This document shows, piece after piece, positions 39,122-64,000 of a stretch of DNA of 64,000 nucleotides. Position 1 is the first letter of the stretch, and every line of letters begins with the position of its first letter. Under the pieces are notes generated by a model. The model was given only the letters and a program-made list of their open reading frames with translations. It did not search any database and was not told the DNA's origin. This DNA comes from Flaccisagitta enflata (lineage: Eukaryota). The stretch is from positions 28,148,001-28,212,000 of the forward strand of contig OZ231126.1 in assembly GCA_965153355.1 (NCBI GenBank), read 5' to 3'. The position numbers and the translations under genes were made by a program.

Positions 39122-40019
39122 GGGTGAAGTGGGGTAAATTGGGTCACTTTTTCAAATATTTTTTTGATATCGCGAAATTTATTGAAAAAATGAAGAATTT
39201 TACGGGTGGTTATGGACATTGTGTGTTTCCTCTACTACCACAAAAAAGGAAATTGCCTCCAAAAAGATTTGTGTAGGGGGCAGCCCTCCTTTAAAGTGAA
39301 CGGGTAAGTGACCCATTTTACCCCACCCAGGTGGGGTAAAGTGGGTCACCTACTTTTTTTTCAATAATATCCACAATTTCTTTATCTCAAGTGATCAATT
39401 CATACGTATTAGTAAGAAAAGAATAGTTATATACCTCAGTTGAGCCAAAAGTATTATCAAACGGCAAATATTGTTGAGTTTTGAATAAAATGATATGCAA
39501 ATGATGTTTTGACATCAAATCAAAAATTTTCATTAAAAAACTTTAAAAAAGGATGGAAAAATATGAAAATGGGAAAAATGAGCTTTATATCACATACTTT
39601 AACCCATGAGCAGGGATAGCAAGCTTTTCGCTGAAAATTTGGTGATTTTAGCAGGGTGACCCATTTTACCCCACATAACTAAAAATTAAGTTTTTAGCTA
39701 AATATAGATAAAAACTGAAAAACATCACTGTCCACGTTTGACCACCCATCAGTATGTAGGCGATGGGCAATGATTTTCTTCCTCCGTTTGGTCTCCACGG
39801 CAACCAGAAGTTGGTTTCATGACCAGCGACGCCGAAATTTTTTATTTTTAAAAATTATTGCATTACACATCAGTGCATTTAAGAAATGGGGCAAATGTTT
39901 GTCTTGGAGTACCACAAGGCATCCTTGTTTTCATAACAGATGAAAAATTCGCTTAATTTTACCAGATTATTTCAGAATTTAAAAAAAAGTTAAGTGACCC
40001 ATTTTACCCCACTCTACCC
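39122..40019. mobile_element. ~0.9-kb non-autonomous Tc1/mariner(pogo)-type element
   Basis: TA|GGGTGAAGTGGGGTAAATTGGGTCAC ... GTGACCCATTTTACCCCACTCTACCC|TA; the terminal motif recurs internally (~39308, ~39657). Confidence 0.7.
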
Positions 40020-41450
40020 TAATTCCCCAAAATCCAACGGAGCCAAAAGCAAGAACTTTCACTGAGCCATCGCGGGGGACCGACCGACCACACCGCTAGG
40101 CAGTAGCATACATCAAACATGCCCTAGATTCCGAATAATGGGACGGACGGACGGTCAATGCTTTTATAGTTGCCAGTCCGACAGTAAAAATTGTGATATG
40201 AATGGCTTTAGGCGCATCATCGCATCTCTACTCTGAGGGGGTGCGTCCGTCGTCCGTGTGTCGGTCCGTTACGCCTCTTCCAAAAGACGCGGACTTGCCT
40301 GATCGGGCTTGTCTAAAGTGCTGTGATTTGCACTCGACAATTTGTATTCTTTTATCACATTTGAGCGTTTGACTTGATGTGGTTGCTAATAATGAAAATC
40401 GCGCACCTGTTCCTTTCCCAGACTCCGCCTGCCTCGTGCTTCCCTTCGATTCATTTTCTTTCTTTGAGCTCTCTTTGATCACAAGAACAAAACCTTTTCA
40501 CCCGCTCGCGATCAATTTTCATAATTTGACCATTGTTGAAATATGTTTGATTTTTACCCGTTAGATGAAGGCTGTTGCCATTAAAAGGCTTCTCGTGAAT
40601 AGCACCGGACTGGAGAGATAATGAATGAATATATCTCATTTTCTCCGTCAAATTTCAACGTTGGTGGTGCATTCGTACGTGTAAGTACTGTATTGGGTAC
40701 TAAGGTGGTCAAGCTGTTCAACTAAATGGCGTGTGGATGGGCGGTAGTGCGATGTGGTAGGGGAAACGATAATTAACAAGGCCGGATGCACGGCTACCCC
40801 AGTCGTGTGCGGGTGGGCAGGGGCTGTATTTGAGGTCACTTGATCATTTGGGCAGGAGCAGTGAGGCCAAAGATCGCAATAACCGAAAAGAAGTAAAGTG
40901 TGACGGATGACGGACAGACGAACCGACAAAGCTGGGTGTAGAGTCGCGTAGCACGCGATTAAAAACCTGATCGCACACATATGCTGAAAAAGCCTAGGCG
41001 TAAAAAAGCTGAAAGAGCCCTAGCGTAACGGAGAACAGAACACGGATAAAGTGACCGTGTTTCCGTCTAACAGATCCCTGTATCATTAATGTTCATCTGC
41101 ATTCCTGTCTGACTGTTAAAAGATTGATTCCTACAAACTGCGTGACATTTGCAGTCTTTGAGTTTTGCAATCAGTCACTCGAGTCATCTGCCCTTTGGCA
41201 CGAAGATACGGTCTTTAATGTTGTAGGTACTCTTTTGGCAAGACCGATAACTCGAGAGCTTAATGTTAACGACCCTGTGGAAGAAGAGAAATTCGTTCGG
41301 AGAACTTCGTCTTTTTAGCTCTTCTATCCTTTTCTGTGTGAAAGGCTTTGATATTCAAAACCAGCTCCTCGTAAGAGAACGCCGCATCAGTCTTTTTCAC
41401 TGATTGGATTATTTCGAAATTCCCATCAATCTTTTTTCTTTTCATCAATA

Positions 41451-44103
41451 ATGGAGCCTATTCGCAATCCCGAAATAAAGTTCACTCAAATTTTCATCAA
41501 TAACGAATGGAAGAATTCCGTCTCTGGCAAGAAATTTGATGTTATCGATCCATCAACTGAAGACGTCATTTGTCAAGTGGCTGAGGGTGACAAAGATGAC
41601 GTCGATCAAGCCGTAAAGGTAGTACTGAGCAAATGGGCATGATTGTCTATTCCCAGTTTACATGTTCCTATTAACATTTAATAACAGGGTGTGCGGGGGC
41701 AGTGATGGGGAAGGTCACTGGAGCATTTTGGCAGGGGCAGTGAGCTCAAAAGTGGACAGATTGACTGACCTACCGATGGATGGACGGACAAAGCGGTGTG
41801 GAGTCGCGTAGCACGCGACCATGAATTTGACCCTGCTCCATTCAAGGCGGCAAAAGATGCGTTCGAGCTGAACTCGCCTTGGCGATCCATGGACGCGTCA
41901 GCCCGTGGACTCTTGCTCCTCAAGTTGGCCGATCTGGTGGAAAAAAATCGCAATTATTTGGCCAGTTTGGAAACGCTTGACAATGGCAAACCATTCCTGG
42001 TGAGTCTCAGGCGAGGCTGCGTTTTCTTTTTCTATTCTTAATTCTCCTTAACTTTGTGTTACACGAAGTTCCATCACTTTCCCTGGATCTCTGTTTAGTT
42101 TTCCTACGCTGTGGACATGAAGCACTCCATTGACATGATACGTTACTGCGCCGGCTGGGCGGATAAAATGTGCGGCAAAACTATTCCCACTGATGGCAAT
42201 TACTTTTCATACACCCGAGTTGAGCCGTTGGGCGTTGTTGGTGGTAGGTAACCTTATGGCCTGACTCAACTGACTTGTCCGTTTTTGTCTATTTCCCTTC
42301 TTTTTTTTTCTTTCTTTCATTTTTCTTCACCCATACTCCATTATTTACAGCTATCACTCCTTGGAACTTTCCGCTGATGATGACAGTCCATAAAATGGCG
42401 CCAGCTTTGGCTTGCGGCAACACTGTAGTCCTAAAGCCTCCAGAACAGACGCCATTGACCACGCTGGCCTTGGCCCAGCTGGTCAAGGAGGCGGGTAAGT
42501 GACAAGAATGTTTTCAATTGATCACCATCGATGAGCGATTTTTCTTATATCTCATTGACTTAGAATGCAAGTTCGTGAACAGGTTTCCCCGCTGGCGCCT
42601 TCAATGTTGTCCCTGGTTTTGGTCCAACCGCCGGCGCCGGTGTCAGTGAGCATCCAGATATTGCCAAAGTGTCGTTTACTGGTTCAACTGAGGTGGGGAA
42701 GATCATTCAACAAGCCTCTGGTCGCACCAATTTGAAAGGAGTTCAAGTGGAGTTGGGCGGTAAAAGTCCTAACATCGTCTTTGCCGATTGCGACTTGGAC
42801 GAGGCCGTAGAGGCTTCACACAACGCCGTCTTCTTCAACATGGGGCAGTGCTGTTTGGCCGGGACCAGAACTTTTGTTCAAGAGGAAATTTACGATGAAT
42901 TTGTCAAGCGAAGTGTCGAAAGAGCCAAGAAAAGGGTCATTGGCAATCCTTGGGTCATGGGCGTTGAATCTGGACCTCAAATAGGTAAATTATCTCTCTT
43001 TGGCTTGGCTTTAATTATTTTCCTTCCGCAATTTTCTGTTTCTTTCCCTCATCAAATTCTTATCAAATGAAAATAAGTTTTTTGAACATTTTATCTATGT
43101 TGTCTGTCCGTTGATCCATCCAGTGTTTGCGATATTGCCCTCGCTCAACTGCAAGCGACAGAGAGAGGTTGTCCTAGTTAAACTTAACACTTCTTTACGT
43201 TTAAAATTCATCTTTCAGATCAAGAACAATACGACAAAATTTTGGAGTTGATTGGGAGTGGAATCAAGGAGGGTGCCAAGCTGATGTGTGGTGGGAAAGC
43301 ATGCAGTGGAGATTTGGCTAAAGGTTATTTCATTGAGTCTACTGTATTTGCCGATGTTGACGACGACATGCGCATTGCTAAGGAAGAAATTTTTGGGCCT
43401 GTCATGCAAATCATGAAATTTGAGGTAATGAAAGGAAACTTGTTATTTCATGGATGTGAATAATATACTCCACACACATATCTTTCATAACAATAACAAG
43501 GCCGGATACATGGCAATCCAGTCGCGGACGGTTGGGCAGGAGCAGTAATGCGTAAATCGCTCAGAATTCAAAAAAATTCGTAACATACCGATGTACCGAC
43601 CGACCGACACAGCATGGTGTAGTCGCGTGTCCGCGACTAAAAATCCGCCTCAACAAATTTTTTGGTCTCTTGGTTTTTTGATGCATCATTGCATCTGCAT
43701 AGGAGGGTTTGTCGGTAGATCGGTATGCCCGTTACACCACTATGGAATTAATGCAGATCGCGGCGTATGACACAAGACATGGTTCATAGATCTCTTGTCA
43801 GTAGTTTCTTTTTCCCAATTTCATTTCATGCAGACAATCGATGAGGCCATCAAACGAGCAAATGCGACGGAATATGGTCTAGCCTCATCTGTGTTTACCA
43901 AGGATCTTGAAAAGGCAAACTACGTTTCAGCAGCCCTTCAAGCCGGCTCCGTTTACGTGAATTGCTACGGCGTCGTTCCTGTTCAAGCGCCTTTTGGTGG
44001 CTACAAAATGTCTGGCTTTGGTCGAGAAATGGGTGAAGAAGGAATGATGGAATACTGTCAAGTCAAGGCCGTGCATGTCGCGGTCAAGAAGAAAAACTCT
44101 TAG
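41451..44103 (+). CDS. Aldehyde dehydrogenase, ALDH1/2 family, no mitochondrial leader, 7 exons, ~495 aa
   Basis: Exons are 41451-41618, 41847-41999, 42099-42243, 42351-42494, 42583-42984, 43219-43424 and 43834-44103. Motifs: [53 protein letters not shown] is at ~44157. Confidence 0.95.
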
Positions 44104-44263
44104 GAACCTTCATGTGTCTTAACTGCGCGGAAAATCGCATTTCAAAGATTTACTTAAATAAAATGAATATTCGCACGCCACTTAGCATTAACTCTCTCTC
44201 TTCATTCTCTGATTCCTAATGCACATTCAACTCGGTAAATAGCAAGGGAGTGCTAGCGAAAAG

Positions 44264-46897
44264 TTAGTGCTGATCTGGCGCGTTATCGTCTGCGTAAAGA
44301 GGAATGGGATATTGCAGCAAGTTTCTGTAGATAGATTCGTTCAGGTGCTCCATGCATTGGTATCGGAGACGAACTTTGATCAGGTCCAGAGCCGAAGGGT
44401 GAGCCTGTTTAGAAAAGTCATGTTACACTTACAGGAGCAAAGTGCAAGGAGAAAAAAAACTTCCCAAATACTCTTTGAATTTGTTGTCCTCACCCTTTGG
44501 CCAATGACATTGCCATTAGCGTAGATAGGGATTATGGTATCGTTTCCGTTAACTGAGAAGGCATTAGACTGATAGTGCATAATAGATCCGTAATCGTAAG
44601 GCAGTCCGAGATGGTCGTCTACTGGATCAGAGTATTGGCGGAAATTTTCTTTCGCATCTTCTATCACGTTCTCCCATACGATGTTGATGTATTTGTCCCT
44701 ATGCATAATCATAGATTTTCTAGTAAGGCTTAGTTTTCGCTCTTCGGGTTCTTAAGTTTCATTTTTACCCTCACCGGTCGGTTCTCGATTGTTCATGCCA
44801 GAATCCAAGAATGTGAAGCAGTTCATGTTGAATAACTCCATGAGTCATGCAGGCGGGACCTTAAATAATCAGGGGAGAAAGGGATGATAAAGCGAAGTGT
44901 TGAAAGATTGAAAGAAACCCTCGTTTAAGACATAATGTCGGAACCTCATTTAATTCTGCTACCTATGGAGACATTGTGGTTGTCTGGGTGGAAGGGACGG
45001 CCAACTGTGGAATCACATTTTTCTCCGGGAAAGAAGTTGACATAGTTGATGGGTTTCTTTTTGCTGTCCGTCGGTATTTTCTTGAAACTGATGCAGCCGT
45101 CTTTCGTCGTGTTTTTGTTGACTCTGTCTAAAAATAAGATCATAGCCTCATTATCAAATAATGAATTAGAAATAAAATTTTTCGATCGGGAAAACCCTCG
45201 TACCTCGTACCTACGAAGTCCTCTATGGAAGCCTGAATGAGTTTCTTAGATTGAGGAGAATAGGTATCGTCTATTGTATAAGGAACCACGCCGTTGTCCC
45301 ACGTAAACGTTAAAACCTCCGTCAATATAGTCTTTACCGTCTTCTTCAACTGTGTATCGTTTGATTGCACGGGCGACTGTGATCGCGCGGGAAAGAAATT
45401 TTTACAAGCGCAGTTAGTCTCTGAGCACTAGGTGGGCTCCTCCTACCCCTTAATTCAGGGCCGTGGAGAGAACTGGCGGGCCCCCCCTCTGGCCCATATG
45501 GCCGGGCCCCCCCTCAGCGCCCCCCCCCCCCGTTGCTATCTTAACTGTCAACTTTTGTGTTATAAATACATCAATTTTAAAAATGCTTAAACTTTTGCTT
45601 ACAGGACTTGCAACATTTGCCGCAATTTTTTTTCATGAAACAAAGAACTCAGTGAAATATCTATGCAATCTATTTTTTGTTTCAGTGGAAAAAGTTTAAG
45701 CATTGAGGCAAAAAGCTTCAAAAAATACAAAATATTTTGAGGTACTGTCAATAGATTTTAAAAAATGTCATTAGAAATTCTTTGTCACTTTTACGAAAGT
45801 TTAGATTTGACTGAATTAAGGGCCTTTTAAAAAGTAAATTATACTTTATCTTTGAAAAGGTTAGTAGAGAGGTTAGTATTTGAGATTGTATTAATAAGCA
45901 TATCTGATTTGATCTACATAGGCCCTCACTTGATCTTTTAAGTCCAAGAAGGCTCAAGCATGATCTGATAAAAATTGGATCATAATCACTCAACTCTTTT
46001 TACCTTTCCCCTCTTTCTTCCTTCTTTTTTTCTCTTTTTTTTTCTCTTTTTTTATCACTTTTTTTTCTCCTACCTCAGGGGCCCCCCGGGCCCCCCTGGG
46101 GCCCGGGCCCCCCTTCTCAGAGGGGGGTGGACCCCCCTCTCCACGGCCCTGCCCTTATGCATGGTTGATTCAGGAGTATCGCCAAGTCAATGAAGTCATA
46201 CCTTCGGTGTTTGAACAATCTGATGTTTCGATAATCTGATGTCTGATGCTTGCCGTTTTCTCCCAGAGGCGTGTTGCGATGCATCGATGAACGCACTTGA
46301 CCCAGCGATTCTACCATGTTGCTCATTTCCTAATTTGAATACTCTTTTTTTTTATAAGAACCTAGTTTGCAAGAACATCAAGGCTTTGAATGGCCCCAAA
46401 ATTAAGAACATTTTAAGAACATACAAAGGCTTCATCTCTGGAGAAAAAAATTTCACTTAAGGTAAAATTAAAAAAAAAAATGAGAAAACATTTGAATTTT
46501 AGTATAATTAATATGATGTTTTATGATTTTTAAATAAAGATCATGAAAATATCCTTAGACTTTAATGATTAGTATTTGTTTTAACAGTATCTAATAGAAA
46601 AATATTTACAATAATTGAGTAATAGTATATTATAAGGTTTCCTATAGTTTACATTGTATTTAGAATTAAGAACGCTCTAAGAACATTGAAGGCTTTATTT
46701 GGTCTTGAAAATAAGAACATGAAGCCTTTGAAAAAATAATGACGTTCTTATAAAAAAAAGTGTATCAGAAAAAGTGATATTTTGAGATATAAACGACTGA
46801 CGACGCTTTAATTCGAGAAATTTGTTATTCTACCTTGTATTTGCACGAATCCACACAAGGAAATGAGAAAACAGAATCCTATCAACCAAAATCCCAT
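44264..46897 (-). CDS. Astacin-family (M12A) zinc metalloprotease with signal peptide, 7 exons
   Basis: Exons are 46897-46834, 46329-46202, 45376-45211, 45127-44963, 44859-44775, 44698-44494 and 44404-44264, all phase-consistent. Motifs: HELLHILGFWHEQSRTDRD, YDYGSIMHY (Met-turn), IGQR. An in-frame upstream ATG exists at 46942. Confidence 0.9.
45456..46151. mobile_element. hAT-like MITE in an astacin intron
   Basis: TIR CAGGGCCGTGGAGAG ... CTCTCCACGGCCCTG with GGGCCC-rich subterminal motifs. The flanks (CCCTTAATT / CCCTTATG) match only imperfectly. Confidence 0.65.
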
Positions 46898-47183
46898 GAA
46901 GCGCAATATGCTTCTTTCTTCTAATTCTTCCCCCAAATCCATCTGGACATTTTACATTGACAAGACTTTTTCCGACTCTCCTAAAAGAGAATAGGTCTTC
47001 GATATACCGCGATGTTGTAACTTAGCTCTCATTTGTGCCTTGTCCATTTTGCAGAGTTTCAAGCCGTCGAGCGCATTTTTGGACGGAGATTTTCATTCGT
47101 TTGGTGATACTTTGGACCCGAATTTGTTCTGCGCAAATGGAACCTCAACATCGAATTTGTCCGGTCTGCTCGCGTGTGAAAGC

Positions 47184-57743
<10,560 letters not shown>

Positions 57744-59083
57744 AAAGTAGAAACTCAATAAAACCAATATAAGAGAAACTCCCTCATCGTGAGACTGAAT
57801 TCAAATTCAAATTTTCCCATGCAACGCATTTTTGTCGTAGAGGAAACTCTTTAAAACTCGGAACTTCGTTTTAATCGACGCGATCCAGTTTTCTCAATAC
57901 CTTGTCAACGCCCAGTGCTCTCATTTCGGTTAAGGAAATCAAGTGGTAGTAGATTTTTCTCAGAGGACATATAGATATCTTCATAGCTTTGAAGAGATAC
58001 AGGAAATAGGATTCTTTCACTTGTTGGTAATTTTCTGGTCCGATTATTGAAAAACCTGCGATACCACAGATGATATGGTGGTCTCGCCTTGGTTTTTCTT
58101 TTCATTCAACTAGGAGCACTGTGACGTCTTAATCATTCAACTTCAATCCTCTCCTGATATTTGATTCGTGATCTCACTGGCGAGGGTACCGAGTTGTAGC
58201 TTTTGTCACTGACGAGATTGTGAGGAAGACAGTTCAAGGGTCGTTTTGAACATTCATATTTGTCGCGTTGTCGAATGAAAGAGACCATTTTTTACCGATC
58301 CCTCCTGCTATTTTTTTTTTCATTTTCGCTGACGGCACTCACCGGGTCAAGATTGATATTTTTGTTTTCCGGCGTTGAAAGTTTCAATGTATTATCAAGA
58401 ACGCTGCTTAGAAACAAATTCTAGATGTGTAGTCGAACAAAGCCGTAGTATCTAGAGACCTTTTGAATCAATTGTCCATATTCTGTTTGATCACTGGTGA
58501 ATTTCTTCTATTCATGATTAAATCTCAATGTGATGCGCGCCGGTCGAAAAGTGATGAATACTAAATTTCTCTAAAATTTGAATAATGATCAATTTTGAAA
58601 AAGATTTTGACATCTATAGTTTATGAAATATTTGTAGCCTAAGGCTAAAATGTGATCGCTGCGCATCGCCATTCTTACACTTAATTCTTAAATTTTGCCT
58701 AGCGTTTAGGTCATGTTAGTTTCCATCTTTCAAGTTAAAGTTAACACAGAATTTTACAGGCCGATCTAAAGCTTTATTGTAAATGAGGATAAATTTCATT
58801 CGTCTGGACGTCACGTGCGCGTGACAAGACAGTTACATCGGTACATCTTTACATTAAGTGTAGTATTCAATTATTATCGCTTCGCATTGACAGGTAGTTC
58901 GCTTCTAACGCGCGATACACCCGCCATTGTAGATCCTTGGTATTCGGTCAAGCGATGCGACCATGCGATGTGATTGAACAATAAAGGCTCATGACTCAAT
59001 CACGGTTTTGACTTATGGGAAATGTTGTGCTGAGTCTGAGCTGAGTATATTTCAGGCATATTAAACGAGCCTTGAAGTCGAGG

Positions 59084-62000
59084 ATGTCGACGGCGGAAGC
59101 GTTGGCGAAAGCGTCGGCGAGGCAGTTAAAGACTAACACTGTCTTCGATTCCGAAGGCAAAGAGATCGTCGTGGAAGAACGCGAAGACACCGAGGCAAAG
59201 ACCAAGTTCCAGGAGACGCTCGATCTGCTTGTCGCGGCAGGTGAGATTTCAAGGGTGATAAAGCATGAAAGTGCGCCTATGTTTCTGCATGCTATTTTCT
59301 CATGAATTCCATTTTCTCTACGATGGTTGGTTAATTTCAGCGTAACGGACCATTGGACAGTATCGCATATCCGAATGCATGCTGCATTTCCCGCGTTCCA
59401 TCTGATTTTTGTTGATACTTCGATAAAGCGCTTTGGGGCAATTGACGAAATACCATCTTTCTCAAAAATATCGTCTCACCTTTTGGTCTAATTTGTAATT
59501 AGACTTCTATAAAAAAAAATATAGAAATCAGTAACTTTTAAAAATGGCTAGAAAAGACATTTTAAGTGCTGCAAAGCTCAGCTCAGTGGGTTGATTCGTT
59601 TAGATTTAAAAGCTAAAAGAGTGAAAATACTCAATAGGAGGTAGGATATGCAAACAAGCCCGATCGGGCAACGATGCATCCGGGCTGTGTCTCAGCGTGT
59701 ATTGATCATCTGACATATGTATGGAGAGACAGATGGACGGACAGACAGGTGAAAAGACTTTCAAAACATGTTTATTGATCATTTGTTTCAATGTAGTATC
59801 TCGCTGTGGCCAAAAACAGCCGAGAAACGCGGTTTTTGCACAGGCGTAATGGACTCACCGACCGACCGATGGACGGACAGACAGACCCTCTTACAGAGAT
59901 GCGTTCCTGACGGACGCATCTAAAAAAGGAGCGCAAATCATCTTAAAGAGAATTTGATTTGACAGGCGACATCGCCACGGCAGATAAGTGCCAAAACTGC
60001 GTTTTTAAGGAGGCGTAATGGACGGACCAACGGACCGACCAACCGACGGACAGACACTCTTATAGAGATGCGAGGACGCATCTAAAAACAAAGAAGTTAA
60101 ATGTAGATCTGTTTATTTTTATTTTTATTGGTTTATTATAAAATCAAAAAAATAGTAACTTTTAGAAAGAGCTTCAAAAGATTTGTTAAATGCTGCCATG
60201 CAGATTTTTTTTGTTAAAACCGCTTGAATTTAATAAAAAAAAATGAATATACAAAAGTCTGAAAATACTGAAGAAAATTGATGATAAACTTCATGACCTT
60301 ATTATATAAAAATGTTTAAAAATCCTTCACCTATATATCTTCAAACTATGTTCAAAATAAAAATGAAGGAGGTTTTGTACTAACAGGGCTTTTACTGAAT
60401 AAATATACAAAAATAAAAATTATACTGAGACGATATTTTTGAGCAAGATGGTAGGCAAGAAAAGGACGTCTTTGGGCATGTGTGGTTGACTTTCAGGTTA
60501 TTTCCGCGCCCGCATCAAGGGTTTGTCGGCGTTCGACAAGATCGTGGGCGGTATGACTTGGTGCATCTCGACTTGCAGCGTCGACGTCGATGTGGATCTT
60601 CTCTTTCAGGAAAACTCTTCCATCGGAGCTAAAATCGCGCTCACGGAGAAAATCGTCGGCACTTTACCCAGAATGAAGTGCCCTCATCGTTTAGAACCGC
60701 ATCAAATCCAAGGACTCGATTACATCCATATCTTCCCCGTCATCCAGTGGCTTGTCAAGAAGGCGTTGGAGACCAAAGCGGAGACGGGCGACGCGGTCCG
60801 CGCTTATGCGCTATCGCAATTTGATCGTCAATTTGGCGACAATTCCAAGGACAAAGAAGCGAGAGAGCGTGTCCGGCGCGCTGTTCCAGCCATTCGACGT
60901 CTCAAGGAAATCTATCGTCCACGACGCCGTTTCCGTCGCGGCGCCGCGTCGGCCGGAGGCGGTGACGTTTGGGCGTCGATGGACGAGTCGACGAGAGTAT
61001 CCAGCACTTTAATGGAGTTAGGTCGATCTTATCGGTCAACGCTGGCGACGGAAGAGGAACCGGAAGAAGGTGGCGGCGAAAGCGGAGCCGAAGGCAAAAC
61101 GGCGACGTCCAAGGCTGGCGTCGACGGCGCTCCTTCCGATTGGGACGAAGAAACGGAAATGAGGATCGCTACATTACTGCAAGAAGTCTCCGGCGGCGCC
61201 TCCGGCGAGTCATCGGCGAATTTATCGGCAAAAACTATCGGCAGCATCGTCGGGATGCAAAGTCAGGAGATTCAGCGTGTGGCGTTGGAGTATGACGCGA
61301 AGAAATCCAACATGGTGAGAGGAGATGCTAGAATATGGGTTGGTTGACCTATTTGGTTGCCAACAGTGTTTATGTGGTTTGTTGTAATGAGAATGTATGG
61401 TGATGCGTGAGGTGAAAGTTACATGTTCTGATACACGACCAGATTAAAGATTACACCATACGCGTGTCGAATTAATAGTAATAGGCCAGCCAGCAGAGAC
61501 CCTCTCGTGGCTTCTGAGACGAAAGGGAACCTAATTCCTGGTAAAGCTACATTTTGTCAAATGACTCAAATCCATTTTCTAACTTTACCATTGTATCTAC
61601 AAACTTTACAGATAGAGGAATCAAAGACCCCCGAGACGATTTTCGAGGAAAAGCTGTCCGAGTTGCTGCAAACTCGATCAGAATTGGACTCGAGATGCCA
61701 ACAGTTGACTAAGAAATTGGACGAGGCCAGAGTCGAGGACGCCGACGTGGACGAGCGGTTGGCGGCGGCGCGCGTCGACGCCGATCCTTACTTGCAACGA
61801 CGCCGGCGATTTGAAGAGCTGAAGGCCACCGCCGGTCTCCAACGCGTCCAGGCTTTGGAACATCTCATTCAAACTCACGACGATATGAAAAAACGCGAGG
61901 CCGAGTTCAAAGCCAGTTGTAAGGAGCAGTTGGTGGCGTTACGAGAGACGTTGGCCAGAGCACGCAGCGACGCCGAAGGAGGCGCCGCCTTTGACGAAGA

Positions 62001-63369
62001 CGCCGACGCCGACGTGTCTAAAGCCAAATCCCAAATCGAGAAGGAAAACGAAAAAGCGAACAAATTGAAAACCACGCTGGCTAAGAAGTCGAGGCAGTTA
62101 AGAGCGGCCGAGCGCAAGTTGGATGAAATCCCCTCCAAAGCCGAGTTGGATCAGTACCAAAAGAGATTCTTAGAATTATATGACGAGTCGGCCGCCGTGC
62201 ACAGGTAAAATATCAGGTTTTGTAAGGGTGTGGATGTTGGTTGTTAGTTGAAGATGTCGATGATCTATGCTTTCATACATACAGAAAATTATTCTCTTCT
62301 GCTACGTCCCTCCCCCCGGCGACCCAGATCTAAGCCTGGAGGCTAAATTCCTATCCTCAAGGCTCAAACCCCACTCCGGGAGCCCAAATCCCAGCCTCGA
62401 GGCCTAAATCCCGCCTTCTAAGCTCAAATCCCATCCTCGAGGCGCAAATCTCATCCTCCAGGCTTGAATCCAAGCCTTTAGGCCCAAATCTCAATCTTGA
62501 AGCTCAACTTTTAGCCTCAAGGTTTAAATATCAGCCTCGTGGAGGAAATGATCTCCTTATTTGTGAAAGCATAGGTCATCGACCCCGTTGGGGTCGCTGC
62601 CCTGCTTCCCCCTCAACTTCAAGCGCAATATTCTTAGGCGGGGTTCGGGTACCGCTGACCATCTAACATTCTAACGCTTTTGCGACTATGTATAGTACAT
62701 AATGAGGGTAGGCTATATTTTTGCGGTTCTTTTTGATTAAAGGAATTAATGTAGTCGGCGTCAAGTCGACATCCACTTTGTCTTTTGAGTCATCGAGTTT
62801 GATCGGGTTTATCGATGACATTATCGATGATGGTCGAAATTCGGATACAATTGGGCGGTAAATTTGACTGATCGTGATTGACGTGGTTAGCAGTGATTGA
62901 CGTGATTGGGGACTGGTTTAACCAAAATACTTCCACGTTGACTAGTTAATTGACTAAATATTTGCAATGGGCTGTTATCATTGACTCATTGTATTGACTT
63001 ATCAATTTTTAATATTCTATCAGGCAAACCAAACAGTTTTATTCCCTCTACAACACTTTGGACGACAAAAGAAGATATTTGGAGAAGGAAGTAAACGTTT
63101 TGGAGTCAATCCACGACAACTTCGAGCAGGCGATGTCGACGCCGGCTGGGAAGGAAGAATTCCTCCAACAGCTCGCCAACATCGTCGAAGGCATCGGCAA
63201 AAACAAAGAAGCGCTCGAAAGGAAAAAGTGCGGGGAAAAGGCGAAACTAGACGAAGTTAACGAAAGCTTGGCCTCGCTCGTCGAGAAGAAGAGGCTTTAC
63301 TTCAAAATGGTCAAAGAGTTTCAAGAAGAGTGCAAAAAGAACGATGCGTTGATGAGTAAGCTAGAGTGA
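59084..63369 (+). CDS. CCDC93: Coiled-coil domain-containing protein 93 (CCC/Commander complex), 4 coding exons
   Basis: Exons are 59084-59240, 60497-61314, 61612-62204 and 63024-63369. Motifs: LLVAAG|YFRARIKGLSAFDKIVGGMTWCI, DVDLLFQENSSIG, MKCPHRLEPHQIQGLDYIHIFPVIQWLVKK, EIPSKAELDQYQKRFLELY, TKQFYSLYNTLDD. Confidence 0.93.
62270..62690 (+). mobile_element. Degenerate copy of the 20-bp-array Helentron-like element in CCDC93 intron 3
   Basis: Reverse-complement similarity to 4140-4662: (CAAATCCCAGCCTCGAGG)n, GAAAGCATAGGTCAT..CCCC..GGGG.CGCTGCCC and GGGTACCGCTGACCATCTAAC. Confidence 0.55.
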
Positions 63370-64000
63370 AAACTGCATTAAGGTACCACGTTTGTTTTTG
63401 TGAGAAGATGAATATTGCGTGATCAAATTTGATGACTCCTTAAGTATTCCCTACGTCTATACTTACTAAGATTGAAATTGATGCACTGACTGATTGCTGT
63501 ATAGATGCCTTGGTGGATTTGAACGCCATTCTAGTGCCTTGAAAATATTCTAGTCACATTCCCTTTGCCTTCGTTATACACAGTTTATTGTTGGCAAATT
63601 TCATTCCCCTTTATCTTGAAAAAACAATATTCCTATTTTCTTTATCATCAAATCGGTTTTTAGCCCGGGCTACCTGATCCTGATGGACGTTGCCAGAAGT
63701 CGTCAGATCTAGTCACGAAACCGCTAAAAGAGGGCCCCCGAGCTAGCTATTGCTTTCGACGCTGTCCTTCTAACGGATTGAATTCGCGCCGTTGAGCAAG
63801 AGGCGTTTCCCTGAAAAAAAAAACCCAAAAAGTTAGCTTCCCCTGAACGACCAAGACCATGTCACTAACAAGGAATGTTCTGCTGAAAGTGAGTTTCGCT
63901 CAAGCGCGACGTCGGCGATCAGAATCGGAATATGTTCTACCTTCTTCGACTGACAATGACGATGCGTGTGAAGCCGGGAATGTCACCCACAATGCCATCA

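Noticed and set aside
63600-64000. Possible minus-strand exons at the right edge
   Set aside because: Splice-like signals are present, but I could not build a convincing open frame or recognise a product.

Overview
This is animal (invertebrate-type) genomic DNA with short GT-AG introns, long (GA)n/(GT)n microsatellites and a heavy load of non-autonomous DNA transposons. The species cannot be identified from the sequence alone. Ordinary spliced genes: a C2H2 zinc-finger gene, an ALDH1/2-type aldehyde dehydrogenase, an astacin metalloprotease, a TOX4-like HMG-box gene and CCDC93. There is also an SLC9B/NHA Na+/H+ antiporter with no intron in its coding region. The most unusual content lies in the first 22 kb. 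(1) A minus-strand gene carries the motifs of the prokaryotic TcmP ('three-Cys-motif partner') SAM-dependent methyltransferase-like family but is split by canonical spliceosomal introns, so it looks like a domesticated horizontally acquired gene; it runs off the left edge. (2) A six-exon GH99/GH71-like glycoside hydrolase resembles bacterial members of the family more than animal MANEA. Each of these two genes carries a near-identical 3.27-kb CAC...GTG, 4-bp-TSD (Chapaev/CMC-like) element in an intron. Much of the remaining non-coding DNA is nested foldback, hAT, Tc1/mariner-type and Helentron-like elements containing internal satellites. All family assignments come from recognising motifs by eye; no database search was run.
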